Of a stretch of 64,000 bases of DNA, positions 46,796 to 58,551 are shown piece after piece (within the stretch, counting starts at the first letter, position 1; each line of letters starts with the position of its first letter). The notes under the pieces were generated by a model. That model did not search any database. It worked only from the letters and a program-made list of their open reading frames with translations, and was not told the DNA's origin. Position numbers and translations under genes: made by a program. The stretch is from Escherichia coli (lineage in GTDB: Bacteria; Pseudomonadota; Gammaproteobacteria; Enterobacterales; Enterobacteriaceae): NCBI RefSeq assembly GCF_003334815.1, contig NZ_QOWO01000025.1; one strand, written 5' to 3'.

Positions 46796-48247
46796 TCAGC
46801 TAAACAACATCGCGATTTTGCCGAGAGCATAACCTATCACCAGCACCGTTAAACTGATTTTGATAATGCTGGTAATGCTCTGTGGTTTTTCACCCTCATC
46901 ATTTTTTTCTTCATGATTTTCAGGTGTTGGCTCATCGACATCTTCATCCTCCGGCTCGAGTTTCACTTTCGTCAAAAGCATCCGGGTGACAATGGCCTCT
47001 AATGGATGAGCATCTCCGCCTTCCAGCCTTGTATTAAGACGGGCCAGCATCTCTTGTTTCGGAAACGCTTCAAGTACTACCTGTTCCGCTACCCGATACA
47101 AATCCAGGAACGGTGAATCTTGCTCTGTCTCGCTACCGACTCTCGATTTCCACCACGCCCATGCTTTGCGCTTGAAGAATAACGACTCAATAAACGATTG
47201 ACCTAACGGCGATAATTTTCCGCTATGTAAAATCTCCGCCCATAACAGCCGCGTCCGGGCGCTCTCACCAGGAACATATTTCAGCGGTTGACCTTGCGCA
47301 TCTACCATGCTCCGCGCTTCGATAACCATCACTAATAACGCGAAATAATCCGGGCAATGACGCTTGCTCCACTGCAACAACAAATTATCAGCTTGTGTAG
47401 ATGGGTAACTTTCCCAGTACGCGCAGAGATCGGCAAGCAGGCTTTCCCCCTCGCCGCAGTACAAACGTTGTGCACACAAGTAATACCGGGCATCTTCGCT
47501 TTCTGGTTCTTCCGTTTGCCACTGTTGAGCGACAGGAATGAGTTCCGCCATACCTGTTTGCACCGAGCTGTACCAGCGCAACAGTTTGCGATGTAACTTT
47601 GCATCATCAGGAATTAACCACGGACCTTCCATCGCCAAAAACGCAGTGACATAGTCAGGATGGTAACGGCAGCAACGTTCCAGCGCGAAGTAATACTCAA
47701 CAGTCTGGTTCTGCAACGCAATGGGATATTCCAGAAGGCTAAGGAAATCGAAACAATCACCAGCCTGAATGGCCTCAAGAAAAGCCTCCCTTTCTTCCTC
47801 ATCCATTCCTTCGCTGTCATTAAATGAATGCCAGTTCAAACGCTCTGCCAGCAAAGAAGCACAATTTAATGAAAGATATCGCGCTTCTATGGCGATTGCA
47901 CACAGCGGCCAGCGTAATTGATCGACATCCTCCATGTTCCAGGTATTTAATTGCTGAATAAATTTCTGCCAGGCGGAAGGCTGAAAACGATCACTTTCTG
48001 AATCCAGTAATGTCCTGAATGCACGTAGTATTTCATGTTCAGCGGCAGCATCTTTTTCTTCATCATCTGCTTCCTCGACAGGATTTACCGCCAGTCGCAG
48101 GGCCTCTTCATAGGCCTGGCGTAATGCTTTAAACCCTTGCGGATCGGTTTCGGGATGACACAACGGTAAGCGAGCAAGATAAGCCTGGCGGATAATGTCT
48201 ATTTGCGTCGTGCTTTCAATTTCGAGGATTTGCCAACATGTTTTCAT
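46796..48247 (-). CDS. djlC: J-domain-like co-chaperone DjlC (YbeV), C-terminal membrane anchor
   Basis: 483-aa [42 protein letters not shown]...; hydrophobic C-terminal tail ...[20 protein letters not shown]; paralog of djlB. Confidence 0.85.
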
Positions 48248-48951
48248 AGGTCGCTCACATCCTTAAGCGTTACCGGGCATTCAGACTGGACAGTTAATGG
48301 CTGCCAGGGAAGCGTGGCATAGAAACGATCGCTTCCCGCTGCCAGCTCTTCGAACATACGACTCCCGGCGCTATCGTATTTGTACAGGGTTAGCGCCTCG
48401 CGTAGCGAAGTGTTGTCTTCGCACTGAGAAGATTGCCAGTAGAGACGTCCTAACGAATAGGCGGAAAAATAGTGCATCCAGCTGTGATAGTAATGGTGAG
48501 CTCGTACATAGACGCGCGATTGCAGCCATAAACTCTCTTCTTCCGTCAGCCACTTGTTGAGCACACCGACCCGTGACAGAAACCCCATTCGAACATAATC
48601 CCAGGCTTTGATTCCCCCTTCCCCACAGCACATAGCGGTTTGGGCAACGAATTGGGTATAAATCAACCCTCTCTCCGAGCCACCAGCAATTAATGCTTTC
48701 CACTCTTCAGGGGAAGAGCGATGCCATGTCAGATATAAGCCAGCTAAATCATTGGCATGACCATCATCAGTCATCTGATAAATAGTCTGAATTAAATCAT
48801 CACGATTATTTATTCCCCAGGATGATGAGAGCTCGAATTCTTTTATCCCAGTATACATTTTTGGCGAGTCATGCGCGGGTTTGCAACCCTGATTAAGTAT
48901 TTCCATGGGCGCAGAAAGCGCAAAAAGAAGATATTGTTCTTCCTTATTCAT
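48244..48951 (-). CDS. ybeU: DUF1266-family protein YbeU
   Basis: 235-aa ORF; paralog of ybeR (shared [20 protein letters not shown] block); ATGA 4-bp overlap with djlC start. Confidence 0.85.
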
Positions 48952-49052
48952 TTGTTAATAATCCCTTAAGTGCATTAACTGACTACTTTTTTATTATTGA
49001 TGAGTATAAACTTGACGCTTTCAAAATAAAAAGAAAATCGAAGCATTCACAC

Positions 49053-49607
49053 ATGAATAAAAAATTAATGTATATATTCGCAATTTTTATAGTTGCAGCA
49101 ATTACCTGTATTAGCCAACCCAAGAAAACGACGTTGCGTGATAAAGCCATGGTGAATTATGCCTTTGATTATTTAAGCTCACCGGGCAGTCTTCCATTCA
49201 CCACGGCAGCCACGGAGCTTTCCGCGATTCATGGTCACTCAACGTCGCAATATCGCCTTGGAGAATTTTATCTTCATGGTAGCGACGGTAAACCACTGGA
49301 TTATACACAGGCGAGATACTGGTATGAGCAATCAGCGGAACAGGAAAATCCACGCGCGCAAAGTAAACTGGGGTGGATCTACCTCAAAGGTCTGGGGGTC
49401 AAACCCGACACCCGTAAAGCAATTCTCTGGTATAAGGAAGCAGCTGAACAAGGGTATGCTCATGCTCAATATACTTTAGGTTTGATCTACAGAAATGGCT
49501 CAGGTATTAATGTTAACCATTATGAATCTCAAAAATGGTTAAAACTGGCCGCCAAACAACATTACAAAAATGCGGAAAGATTACTTGCCGGGCTTCCCGC
49601 ACATTAA
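49053..49607 (+). CDS. ybeT: Sel1-repeat protein YbeT with N-terminal signal/TM segment
   Basis: 184-aa ORF; [21 protein letters not shown] hydrophobic N-terminus; Sel1-like repeats (AQxxLGxxYxxGxGV). Confidence 0.85.
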
Positions 49608-49616
49608 CGTCGACTG

Positions 49617-51044
49617 TCACCCGAACAGATGGAGTATTTTCCCTATCAAACCAGCAAAGATAAAAATATAGAAAATAATTTTAATGATGCCCAGACAGCC
49701 TGGCCCACCATCGTCAACGGGCATTGGCTGCGGTTGCGGCTCCGGTTCAACAGTTTGCTTCTCGGTAAAATTCGCCGCCTGAATTAATAATCGACGAATA
49801 ATTAATGCTTCCAGTGGACAACGATTTTCTGCATCAAGGCGGCTCACAATCGGCATTAATGATTCTTCTGTAGGTTGGCAGGCCTGCACTAATTGTTTGG
49901 CAACTAGATATAATGGCCATAAGGTATGTTCTGTATCACGCGTGAGTGAGATCCGCGGCTTACGTCCTTTGTGCAAAACCATCTCGACCAGTGAACGCCC
50001 CAGCGCAGAGAGTTTTTCATCGCTGAGTATTTCGTATAAATGAAAACGCGTACGGGCGCTGTCGCCGGGGACATAAAGTAGCGGTTTTCCCTGATCGTTA
50101 ACCAGATCACGCGCTTCAATCATCATCACCAGTAATGGGTAATAATCGACCCGATGCTGACGGCACCATTGCAACATTAAAGCATCCGCCTGGGTGGAGG
50201 GATACTCGCGCCAGTAGTCACAAAGTTCTGCCAACAGGCTTTCGCCTTCTCCACAATAGACGCGTTGCGCGTATTCATAATAAGGCGCATCTTCATTATC
50301 AGGTTCAGTTTCCCGCCATGACTGGGCGTAATCCAGAAGTTCGGGGATATCCAGGCGACCTGCGCTATACCAGCGGAGTAAATTTCTGTGCAGTTTTGCA
50401 TCATCGGGGATAATCACTGCGCGATGTTGCGCTAAATACAATGTCAGCCATTGTGGATGCGATGACCAAATCCGAGCGAACATTTGGTAAAAATCGATGG
50501 TGTCATTTTGCACGGCAACGGGCAGATGCAGAATGGTCTGGAAGTTAAAAACATTCCCCTTCGCAATGGCATATAAAAAGGATTCCAGTTCTTCTTCGTC
50601 TATTTCCCCGGTATTTTCCTCCTGTAACCACCGCAATCTTTCTGCTAATAACACCACGCACTCGAAGGATAAATGGGCAGTGTTCATGGCGATTGTGCAC
50701 AGCGACCAGCGTAATTCATCAATCTCCTCCATCGAGCAATAATTTAATTGCTGAATGAATCGCTGCCAGGCGGAGGGCAGAAAACGTTCACTATCAGAGG
50801 CAAGTAACGCACGAAAGGCGAGCAGAATTTCATGTTCTGCTACCTCATATTCTTCTGGTTGCCAAACAGATTTAGCAGGCGACTGCGCAATCCGTAGCGC
50901 CTCCTCATACGCCTGACGAAGTTGTTTAAAACCCTGCGGATCGGTTTCTGGATGAAAGGACGGTAACAGCGCCAGATAAGCGCGGCGGATAATATCGACG
51001 TCAGTCGTTTCCTCTATATCGAGGATCTTCCAGCAATTTTTCAT
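49617..51044 (-). CDS. djlB: J-domain-like co-chaperone DjlB (YbeS), C-terminal membrane anchor
   Basis: 475-aa [42 protein letters not shown]...; hydrophobic C-terminus [24 protein letters not shown]. Confidence 0.85.
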
Positions 51045-51748
51045 AGGTCGCTCATATCCTTAAGCGTTTCCGGGCATGCAGAATAGTAAGCCAATGGTTG
51101 CCAGGACAAGGTAGGGTAATACGCATCATCACTGGCAAATAATTGATAAAACATATCATTGCCGGAATCGTCGTATTCTTTACGCGCTAAGAATTCGCGT
51201 AATAAAGGCAGATGATCATCTTCGGGAGACTGCCAATATTGCCGACCAAAGGTATAACCGGCAAAGTATTGCCGCCAGTTACTATAATAACGTAGAGCCC
51301 GTAGATGAATGCGCGACTGGATCCATAGACTTTCTTCTTCGCTCAACCAGTTATTAAGTACGCCCATTCGGCTTAAAAAACCCATCCGGACATAATCCCA
51401 GGCTTTGATTCCCCCTTCGCCACAGCATTCGGCGGTGCTGGCGACAAATTGCGCATAAGCCTGACCTTGCTCATTTAGTTCAGCAAGATAGTCACGCCAT
51501 TCACATGGCGAATAACGAAACCAGCGGTGATAAAACCCTGCCAACCGAGCGGCATGACCGTTATCGATCATTCGGTGAATTGTGCGCAGCAGGTCATCAC
51601 GGTCATCAATTCCCCATGAGGAAGAAAGGTCAAAAAAGCATGTACCTAAATACATTTTGGGTGATGAATGCGAAGGTAAACAGCATTCATTGCGTATTTC
51701 CATCGGAGTGGAAAGTGCAAACAATATTTTTTGCGACTCCATGTCCAT
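51041..51748 (-). CDS. ybeR: DUF1266-family protein YbeR
   Basis: 235-aa ORF; paralog of ybeU; ATGA 4-bp overlap with djlB start. Confidence 0.85.
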
Positions 51749-51911
51749 ATAATTTATCCTTAAATATTCATTAAATGAATATTAGCCGCATTGCGAGGCT
51801 CGTTTATTTATACTTTTCTGACGCGACATAATACGCATAAAATAAGGCTTACGCAAAAATGGAACACATAAAAATATAATATGTTTTATCTGCAACCATA
51901 AGGAAATGATA

Positions 51912-52889
51912 ATGATTTTCACGTCAAGTTGCTGCGATAATTTATCAATAGATGAGATTATCGAACGTGCTGAAAAAGGCGATTGCGAGGCTCAATATAT
52001 TGTTGGGTTTTATTATAATCGCGATAGCGCAATTGATTCTCCGGACGACGAAAAAGCCTTTTACTGGCTGAAGCTGGCCGCTGAGCAAGGTCATTGTGAA
52101 GCACAGTATTCCTTAGGGCAAAAGTATACCGAGGATAAAAGCCGTCATAAAGATAATGAGCAAGCCATCTTCTGGCTGAAAAAAGCTGCCCTACAAGGCC
52201 ATACTTTCGCTTCCAACGCCCTTGGCTGGACACTGGATCGTGGAGAAGCCCCCAATTATAAAGAAGCGGTTGTCTGGTATCAGATAGCCGCGGAGAGCGG
52301 AATGTCTTATGCGCAAAATAATCTTGGGTGGATGTACAGAAATGGCAACGGAGTCGCAAAAGACTATGCGCTGGCATTTTTCTGGTACAAACAAGCTGCA
52401 TTACAAGGCCATAGTGACGCGCAAAACAATCTGGCCGATCTTTATGAAGACGGAAAAGGCGTTGCTCAAAACAAGACACTCGCCGCATTCTGGTATTTGA
52501 AAAGCGCACAGCAGGGTAATCGGCACGCCCAGTTTCAAATTGCATGGGATTATAACGCTGGCGAAGGGGTGGACCAGGACTATAAGCAAGCGATGTACTG
52601 GTATCTGAAGGCTGCCGCTCAGGGGAGCGTCGGCGCTTACGTCAACATCGGTTATATGTATAAACACGGACAAGGCGTTGAGAAAGATTATCAGGCTGCC
52701 TTTGAATGGTTTACGAAAGCCGCTGAATGCAATGACGCCACTGCCTGGTATAACCTGGCCATTATGTATCACTACGGAGAAGGAAGACCTGTCGATCTCC
52801 GACAGGCTCTCGACCTGTATCGTAAAGTTCAGTCATCCGGAACCAGAGATGTCAGTCAGGAAATTCGTGAGACTGAAGATTTACTGTAG
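51912..52889 (+). CDS. ybeQ: Sel1-repeat protein YbeQ
   Basis: About 325 aa with at least 7 tandem Sel1-like repeats; ATG at 51912 has better ribosome-binding-site spacing than the in-frame ATG at 51906. Confidence 0.85.
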   Translation: MIFTSSCCDNLSIDEIIERAEKGDCEAQYIVGFYYNRDSAIDSPDDEKAFYWLKLAAEQGHCEAQYSLGQKYTEDKSRHKDNEQAIFWLKKAALQGHTFASNALGWTLDRGEAPNYKEAVVWYQIAAESGMSYAQNNLGWMYRNGNGVAKDYALAFFWYKQAALQGHSDAQNNLADLYEDGKGVAQNKTLAAFWYLKSAQQGNRHAQFQIAWDYNAGEGVDQDYKQAMYWYLKAAAQGSVGAYVNIGYMYKHGQGVEKDYQAAFEWFTKAAECNDATAWYNLAIMYHYGEGRPVDLRQALDLYRKVQSSGTRDVSQEIRETEDLL

Positions 52890-52958
52890 AGATAAAAACA
52901 AGGGCCGGGGAATTTCATTCGGCCCATATTCTCTTTATTGCTGTGCGAAATCAGACTA

Positions 52959-53441
52959 TTACGGCTCAAACGGGCGTCTCTGGAACTGGTCATGACCACA
53001 TTTCGGGCATAGCGTCAGCACTTCCGGTGTGTAGATCGGGAGATGGAAGTGACATTTCTCGCAGACCAGATTTCCCAGCCCGACCACTTCTCCGCTGTGA
53101 TAAACCCCATGATGATTGAGGTCCTGGAAAACTTCGCGCCATTCAAGCTGCGTTTTATCGGTGATGTCTGCCAGCTCCTGCCACAAGCTTTCTTTAATCA
53201 CCCGCATAAAGACGCTGTCAGATTCTTCTTTCAGGCTCTCTTCATAGCTCATGGCGAACTCTTCCAGGTCACGTCTGACAGCTCGCGTCAGCTCATCGAC
53301 CTCGGTTCGCGTTAACTCCCCTGTTTTTATTACGCGCTCGCGCGCCTGTTCCACCAGTGCGTCGATATCACGTTCGCCATTGCGCAGGCGTTCGCTCAGT
53401 GACGCAACCAGTTCACGGTAATATTGAGCAACCTTGTTCAT
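52959..53441 (-). CDS. ybeL: DUF1451-family protein YbeL with C-terminal CxxC zinc-ribbon-like pair
   Basis: 160-aa ORF MNKVAQYYRELVASLSERLRNGERDIDALVEQARER...; C-terminal CEKCHFH...CPKCGHDQF. Confidence 0.85.
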   Translation of the reverse strand: MNKVAQYYRELVASLSERLRNGERDIDALVEQARERVIKTGELTRTEVDELTRAVRRDLEEFAMSYEESLKEESDSVFMRVIKESLWQELADITDKTQLEWREVFQDLNHHGVYHSGEVVGLGNLVCEKCHFHLPIYTPEVLTLCPKCGHDQFQRRPFEP

Positions 53442-53675
53442 CGTTTCATCTCCCGGGTCGTTAACTGACTATAATAATAGACGTTCTTTGTTCCTTGCTT
53501 TGCTAATACGCCCACAAACTCTGTAAATTAATGTATGAATAATCCGGGCATCATTTCAACGTCGAGTGCGCGAAAGGCTGTTTTGACGCGGACGTTTGGG
53601 CTATGCTATGCGGATCTGAAAAACCACCTCAACGCTACATTTGTAGCCGTATTGAAAACAGGACCACTGGCTGCC

Positions 53676-56258
53676 ATGCAAGAGCAATACCGCCCGGAAG
53701 AGATAGAATCCAAAGTACAGCTTCATTGGGATGAGAAGCGCACATTTGAAGTAACCGAAGACGAGAGCAAAGAGAAGTATTACTGCCTGTCTATGCTTCC
53801 CTATCCTTCTGGTCGACTACACATGGGCCACGTACGTAACTACACCATCGGTGACGTGATCGCCCGCTACCAGCGTATGCTGGGCAAAAACGTCCTGCAG
53901 CCGATCGGCTGGGACGCGTTTGGTCTGCCTGCGGAAGGCGCGGCGGTGAAAAACAACACCGCTCCGGCACCGTGGACGTACGACAACATCGCGTATATGA
54001 AAAACCAGCTCAAAATGCTGGGCTTTGGTTATGACTGGAGCCGCGAGCTGGCAACCTGTACGCCGGAATACTACCGTTGGGAACAGAAATTCTTCACCGA
54101 GCTGTATAAAAAAGGCCTGGTATATAAGAAGACTTCTGCGGTCAACTGGTGCCCGAACGACCAGACCGTACTGGCGAACGAACAAGTTATCGACGGCTGC
54201 TGCTGGCGCTGCGATACCAAAGTTGAACGTAAAGAGATCCCGCAGTGGTTTATCAAAATCACTGCTTACGCTGACGAGCTGCTCAACGATCTGGATAAAC
54301 TGGATCACTGGCCAGACACCGTTAAAACCATGCAGCGTAACTGGATCGGTCGTTCCGAAGGCGTGGAGATCACCTTCAACGTTAACGACTATGACAACAC
54401 GCTGACCGTTTACACTACCCGCCCGGACACCTTTATGGGTTGTACCTACCTGGCGGTAGCTGCGGGTCATCCGCTGGCGCAGAAAGCGGCGGAAAATAAT
54501 CCTGAACTGGCGGCCTTTATTGACGAATGCCGTAACACCAAAGTTGCCGAAGCTGAAATGGCGACGATGGAGAAAAAAGGCGTCGATACTGGCTTTAAAG
54601 CGGTTCACCCATTAACGGGCGAAGAAATTCCCGTTTGGGCAGCAAACTTCGTATTGATGGAGTACGGCACGGGCGCAGTTATGGCGGTACCGGGGCACGA
54701 CCAGCGCGACTACGAGTTTGCCTCTAAATACGGCCTGAACATCAAACCGGTTATCCTGGCAGCTGACGGCTCTGAGCCAGATCTTTCTCAGCAAGCCCTG
54801 ACTGAAAAAGGCGTGCTGTTCAACTCTGGCGAGTTCAACGGTCTTGACCATGAAGCGGCCTTCAACGCCATCGCCGATAAACTGACTGCGATGGGCGTTG
54901 GCGAGCGTAAAGTGAACTACCGCCTGCGCGACTGGGGTGTTTCCCGTCAGCGTTACTGGGGCGCGCCGATTCCGATGGTGACGCTGGAAGACGGTACCGT
55001 AATGCCGACCCCGGACGACCAGCTGCCGGTGATCCTGCCGGAAGATGTGGTAATGGACGGCATTACCAGCCCGATTAAAGCAGATCCGGAGTGGGCGAAA
55101 ACTACCGTTAACGGTATGCCAGCACTGCGTGAAACCGACACTTTCGACACCTTTATGGAGTCCTCCTGGTACTATGCGCGCTACACTTGCCCGCAGTACA
55201 AAGAAGGTATGCTGGATTCCGAAGCGGCTAACTACTGGCTGCCGGTGGATATCTACATTGGTGGTATTGAACACGCCATTATGCACCTGCTCTACTTCCG
55301 CTTCTTCCACAAACTGATGCGTGATGCAGGCATGGTGAACTCTGACGAACCAGCGAAACAGTTGCTGTGTCAGGGTATGGTGCTGGCAGATGCCTTCTAC
55401 TATGTTGGCGAAAACGGCGAACGTAACTGGGTTTCCCCGGTTGATGCTATCGTTGAACGTGACGAGAAAGGCCGTATCGTGAAAGCGAAAGATGCGGCAG
55501 GCCATGAACTGGTTTATACCGGCATGAGCAAAATGTCCAAGTCGAAGAACAACGGTATCGACCCGCAGGTGATGGTTGAACGTTACGGCGCGGACACCGT
55601 TCGTCTGTTTATGATGTTTGCTTCTCCGGCTGATATGACTCTCGAATGGCAGGAATCCGGTGTGGAAGGGGCTAACCGCTTCCTGAAACGTGTCTGGAAA
55701 CTGGTTTACGAGCACACAGCAAAAGGTGATGTTGCGGCACTGAACGTTGATGCGCTGACTGAAAATCAGAAAGCGCTGCGTCGCGATGTGCATAAAACGA
55801 TCGCTAAAGTGACCGATGATATCGGCCGTCGTCAGACCTTCAACACCGCAATTGCGGCGATTATGGAGCTGATGAACAAACTGGCGAAAGCACCAACCGA
55901 TGGCGAGCAGGATCGCGCTCTGATGCAGGAAGCACTGCTGGCCGTTGTCCGTATGCTTAACCCGTTCACCCCGCACATCTGCTTCACGCTGTGGCAGGAA
56001 CTGAAAGGCGAAGGCGATATCGACAACGCGCCGTGGCCGGTTGCTGACGAAAAAGCGATGGTGGAAGACTCCACGCTGGTCGTGGTGCAGGTTAACGGTA
56101 AAGTCCGTGCCAAAATCACCGTTCCGGTGGACGCAACGGAAGAACAGGTTCGCGAACGTGCTGGCCAGGAACATCTGGTAGCAAAATATCTTGATGGCGT
56201 TACTGTACGTAAAGTGATTTACGTACCAGGTAAACTCCTCAATCTGGTCGTTGGCTAA
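53676..56258 (+). CDS. leuS: Leucyl-tRNA synthetase
   Basis: 860-aa product starting [24 protein letters not shown]; HMGH and KMSKS motifs; six-frame ORF trimmed by 47 codons. Confidence 0.95.
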
Positions 56259-56272
56259 GCGCGGGAGGAAGC

Positions 56273-56854
56273 GTGCGATATCTGGCAACATTGTTGTTAT
56301 CTCTGGCGGTGTTAATCACCGCCGGGTGTGGCTGGCATCTGCGTGATACCACGCAGGTTCCTTCCACTATGAAGGTCATGATCCTGGACTCAGGCGATCC
56401 GAACGGGCCATTAAGCCGTGCGGTGCGTAACCAGTTACGTCTGAATGGTGTCGAGTTGCTTGATAAAGAAACCACGCGTAAGGACGTTCCATCCTTGCGT
56501 TTGGGTAAAGTGAGCATCGCGAAAGATACCGCATCGGTATTCCGTAACGGTCAAACAGCAGAGTATCAGATGATCATGACGGTTAATGCGACCGTGTTGA
56601 TCCCCGGCCGTGATATCTACCCGATTAGCGCCAAAGTCTTCCGTTCGTTCTTCGATAACCCGCAAATGGCGTTAGCGAAAGATAACGAACAAGACATGAT
56701 CGTAAAAGAGATGTACGACCGTGCTGCCGAACAGCTGATTCGTAAGCTGCCAAGCATCCGTGCTGCGGATATTCGTTCCGACGAAGAACAGACGTCGACC
56801 ACAACGGATACTCCGGCAACGCCTGCACGCGTCTCCACCACGCTGGGTAACTGA
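56273..56854 (+). CDS. lptE: LPS-assembly lipoprotein LptE (RlpB)
   Basis: 193 aa from GTG start after GGGAGGAA ribosome-binding site; lipobox ITAGC. Confidence 0.9.
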
Positions 56855-57885
56855 TGATTCGGTTGTACCCGGAACAACTCCGCGCGCAGCTCAATGAAGG
56901 GCTGCGCGCGGCGTATCTTTTACTTGGTAACGATCCTCTGTTATTGCAGGAAAGCCAGGACGCTGTTCGTCAGGTAGCTGCGGCACAAGGATTCGAAGAA
57001 CACCACACTTTTTCCATTGATCCCAACACTGACTGGAATGCGATCTTTTCGTTATGCCAGGCTATGAGTCTGTTTGCCAGTCGACAAACGCTATTGCTGT
57101 TGTTACCAGAAAACGGACCGAATGCGGCGATCAATGAGCAACTTCTCACACTCACCGGACTTCTGCATGACGACCTGCTGTTGATCGTCCGCGGTAATAA
57201 ATTAAGCAAAGCGCAAGAAAATGCCGCCTGGTTTACTGCGCTTGCGAATCGCAGCGTGCAGGTGACCTGTCAGACACCGGAGCAGGCTCAGCTTCCCCGC
57301 TGGGTTGCTGCGCGCGCAAAACAGCTCAACTTAGAACTGGATGACGCGGCAAATCAGGTGCTCTGCTACTGTTATGAAGGTAACCTGCTGGCGCTGGCTC
57401 AGGCACTGGAGCGTTTATCGCTGCTCTGGCCAGACGGCAAATTGACATTACCGCGCGTTGAACAGGCGGTGAATGATGCCGCGCATTTCACCCCTTTTCA
57501 TTGGGTTGATGCTTTGTTGATGGGAAAAAGTAAGCGCGCATTGCATATTCTTCAGCAACTGCGTCTGGAAGGCAGCGAACCGGTTATTTTGTTGCGCACA
57601 TTACAACGTGAACTGTTGTTACTGGTTAACCTGAAACGCCAGTCTGCCCATACGCCACTGCGTGCGTTGTTTGATAAGCATCGGGTATGGCAGAACCGCC
57701 GGGGCATGATGGGCGAGGCGTTAAATCGCTTAAGTCAGACGCAGTTACGTCAGGCCGTGCAACTCCTGACACGAACGGAACTCACCCTCAAACAAGATTA
57801 CGGTCAGTCAGTGTGGGCAGAGCTGGAAGGGTTATCTCTTCTGTTGTGCCATAAACCCCTGGCGGACGTATTTATCGACGGTTGA
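56854..57885 (+). CDS. holA: DNA polymerase III delta subunit
   Basis: 343-aa [33 protein letters not shown]...; start overlaps lptE stop. Confidence 0.95.
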
Positions 57886-57886
57886 T

Positions 57887-58528
57887 ATGAAATCTTTACA
57901 GGCTCTGTTTGGCGGCACCTTTGATCCGGTGCACTATGGTCATCTAAAACCCGTGGAAACGCTGGCGAATTTGATTGGTCTGACGCGGGTCACAATCATC
58001 CCTAATAATGTTCCTCCGCATCGTCCCCAGCCGGAAGCGAACAGCGTGCAGCGTAAACACATGCTTGAACTGGCGATTGCCGACAAGCCATTATTTACTC
58101 TTGATGAACGCGAGCTAAAGCGCAATGCCCCCTCTTACACTGCGCAAACACTGAAAGAGTGGCGGCAGGAACAAGGACCGGACGTGCCGCTGGCGTTTAT
58201 TATTGGTCAGGATTCACTGCTGACCTTTCCGACCTGGTACGAATACGAAACGATACTCGACAATGCACATTTGATCGTCTGTCGGCGTCCAGGTTACCCA
58301 CTTGAAATGGCGCAACCGCAATACCAGCAATGGCTGGAAGATCATTTGACACATAACCCGGAAGATCTTCACCTTCAGCCTGCCGGTAAAATTTATCTGG
58401 CTGAAACGCCGTGGTTTAACATCTCGGCGACCATCATCCGCGAACGTTTGCAAAACGGTGAATCATGTGAGGATTTATTGCCGGAACCGGTACTGACTTA
58501 CATTAACCAACAAGGCTTGTATCGCTGA
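57887..58528 (+). CDS. nadD: Nicotinate-mononucleotide adenylyltransferase
   Basis: 213-aa ORF; [11 protein letters not shown] nucleotidyltransferase motif. Confidence 0.95.
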
Positions 58529-58551
58529 TACCTGTCGTTACGGAGGGCATG

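Noticed and set aside
54612-56291. 559-aa ORF antisense to leuS
   Set aside because: Nested antisense within leuS; composition (Arg/His/Val/Phe-rich) and lack of start context indicate a stop-free reverse frame, not a gene.
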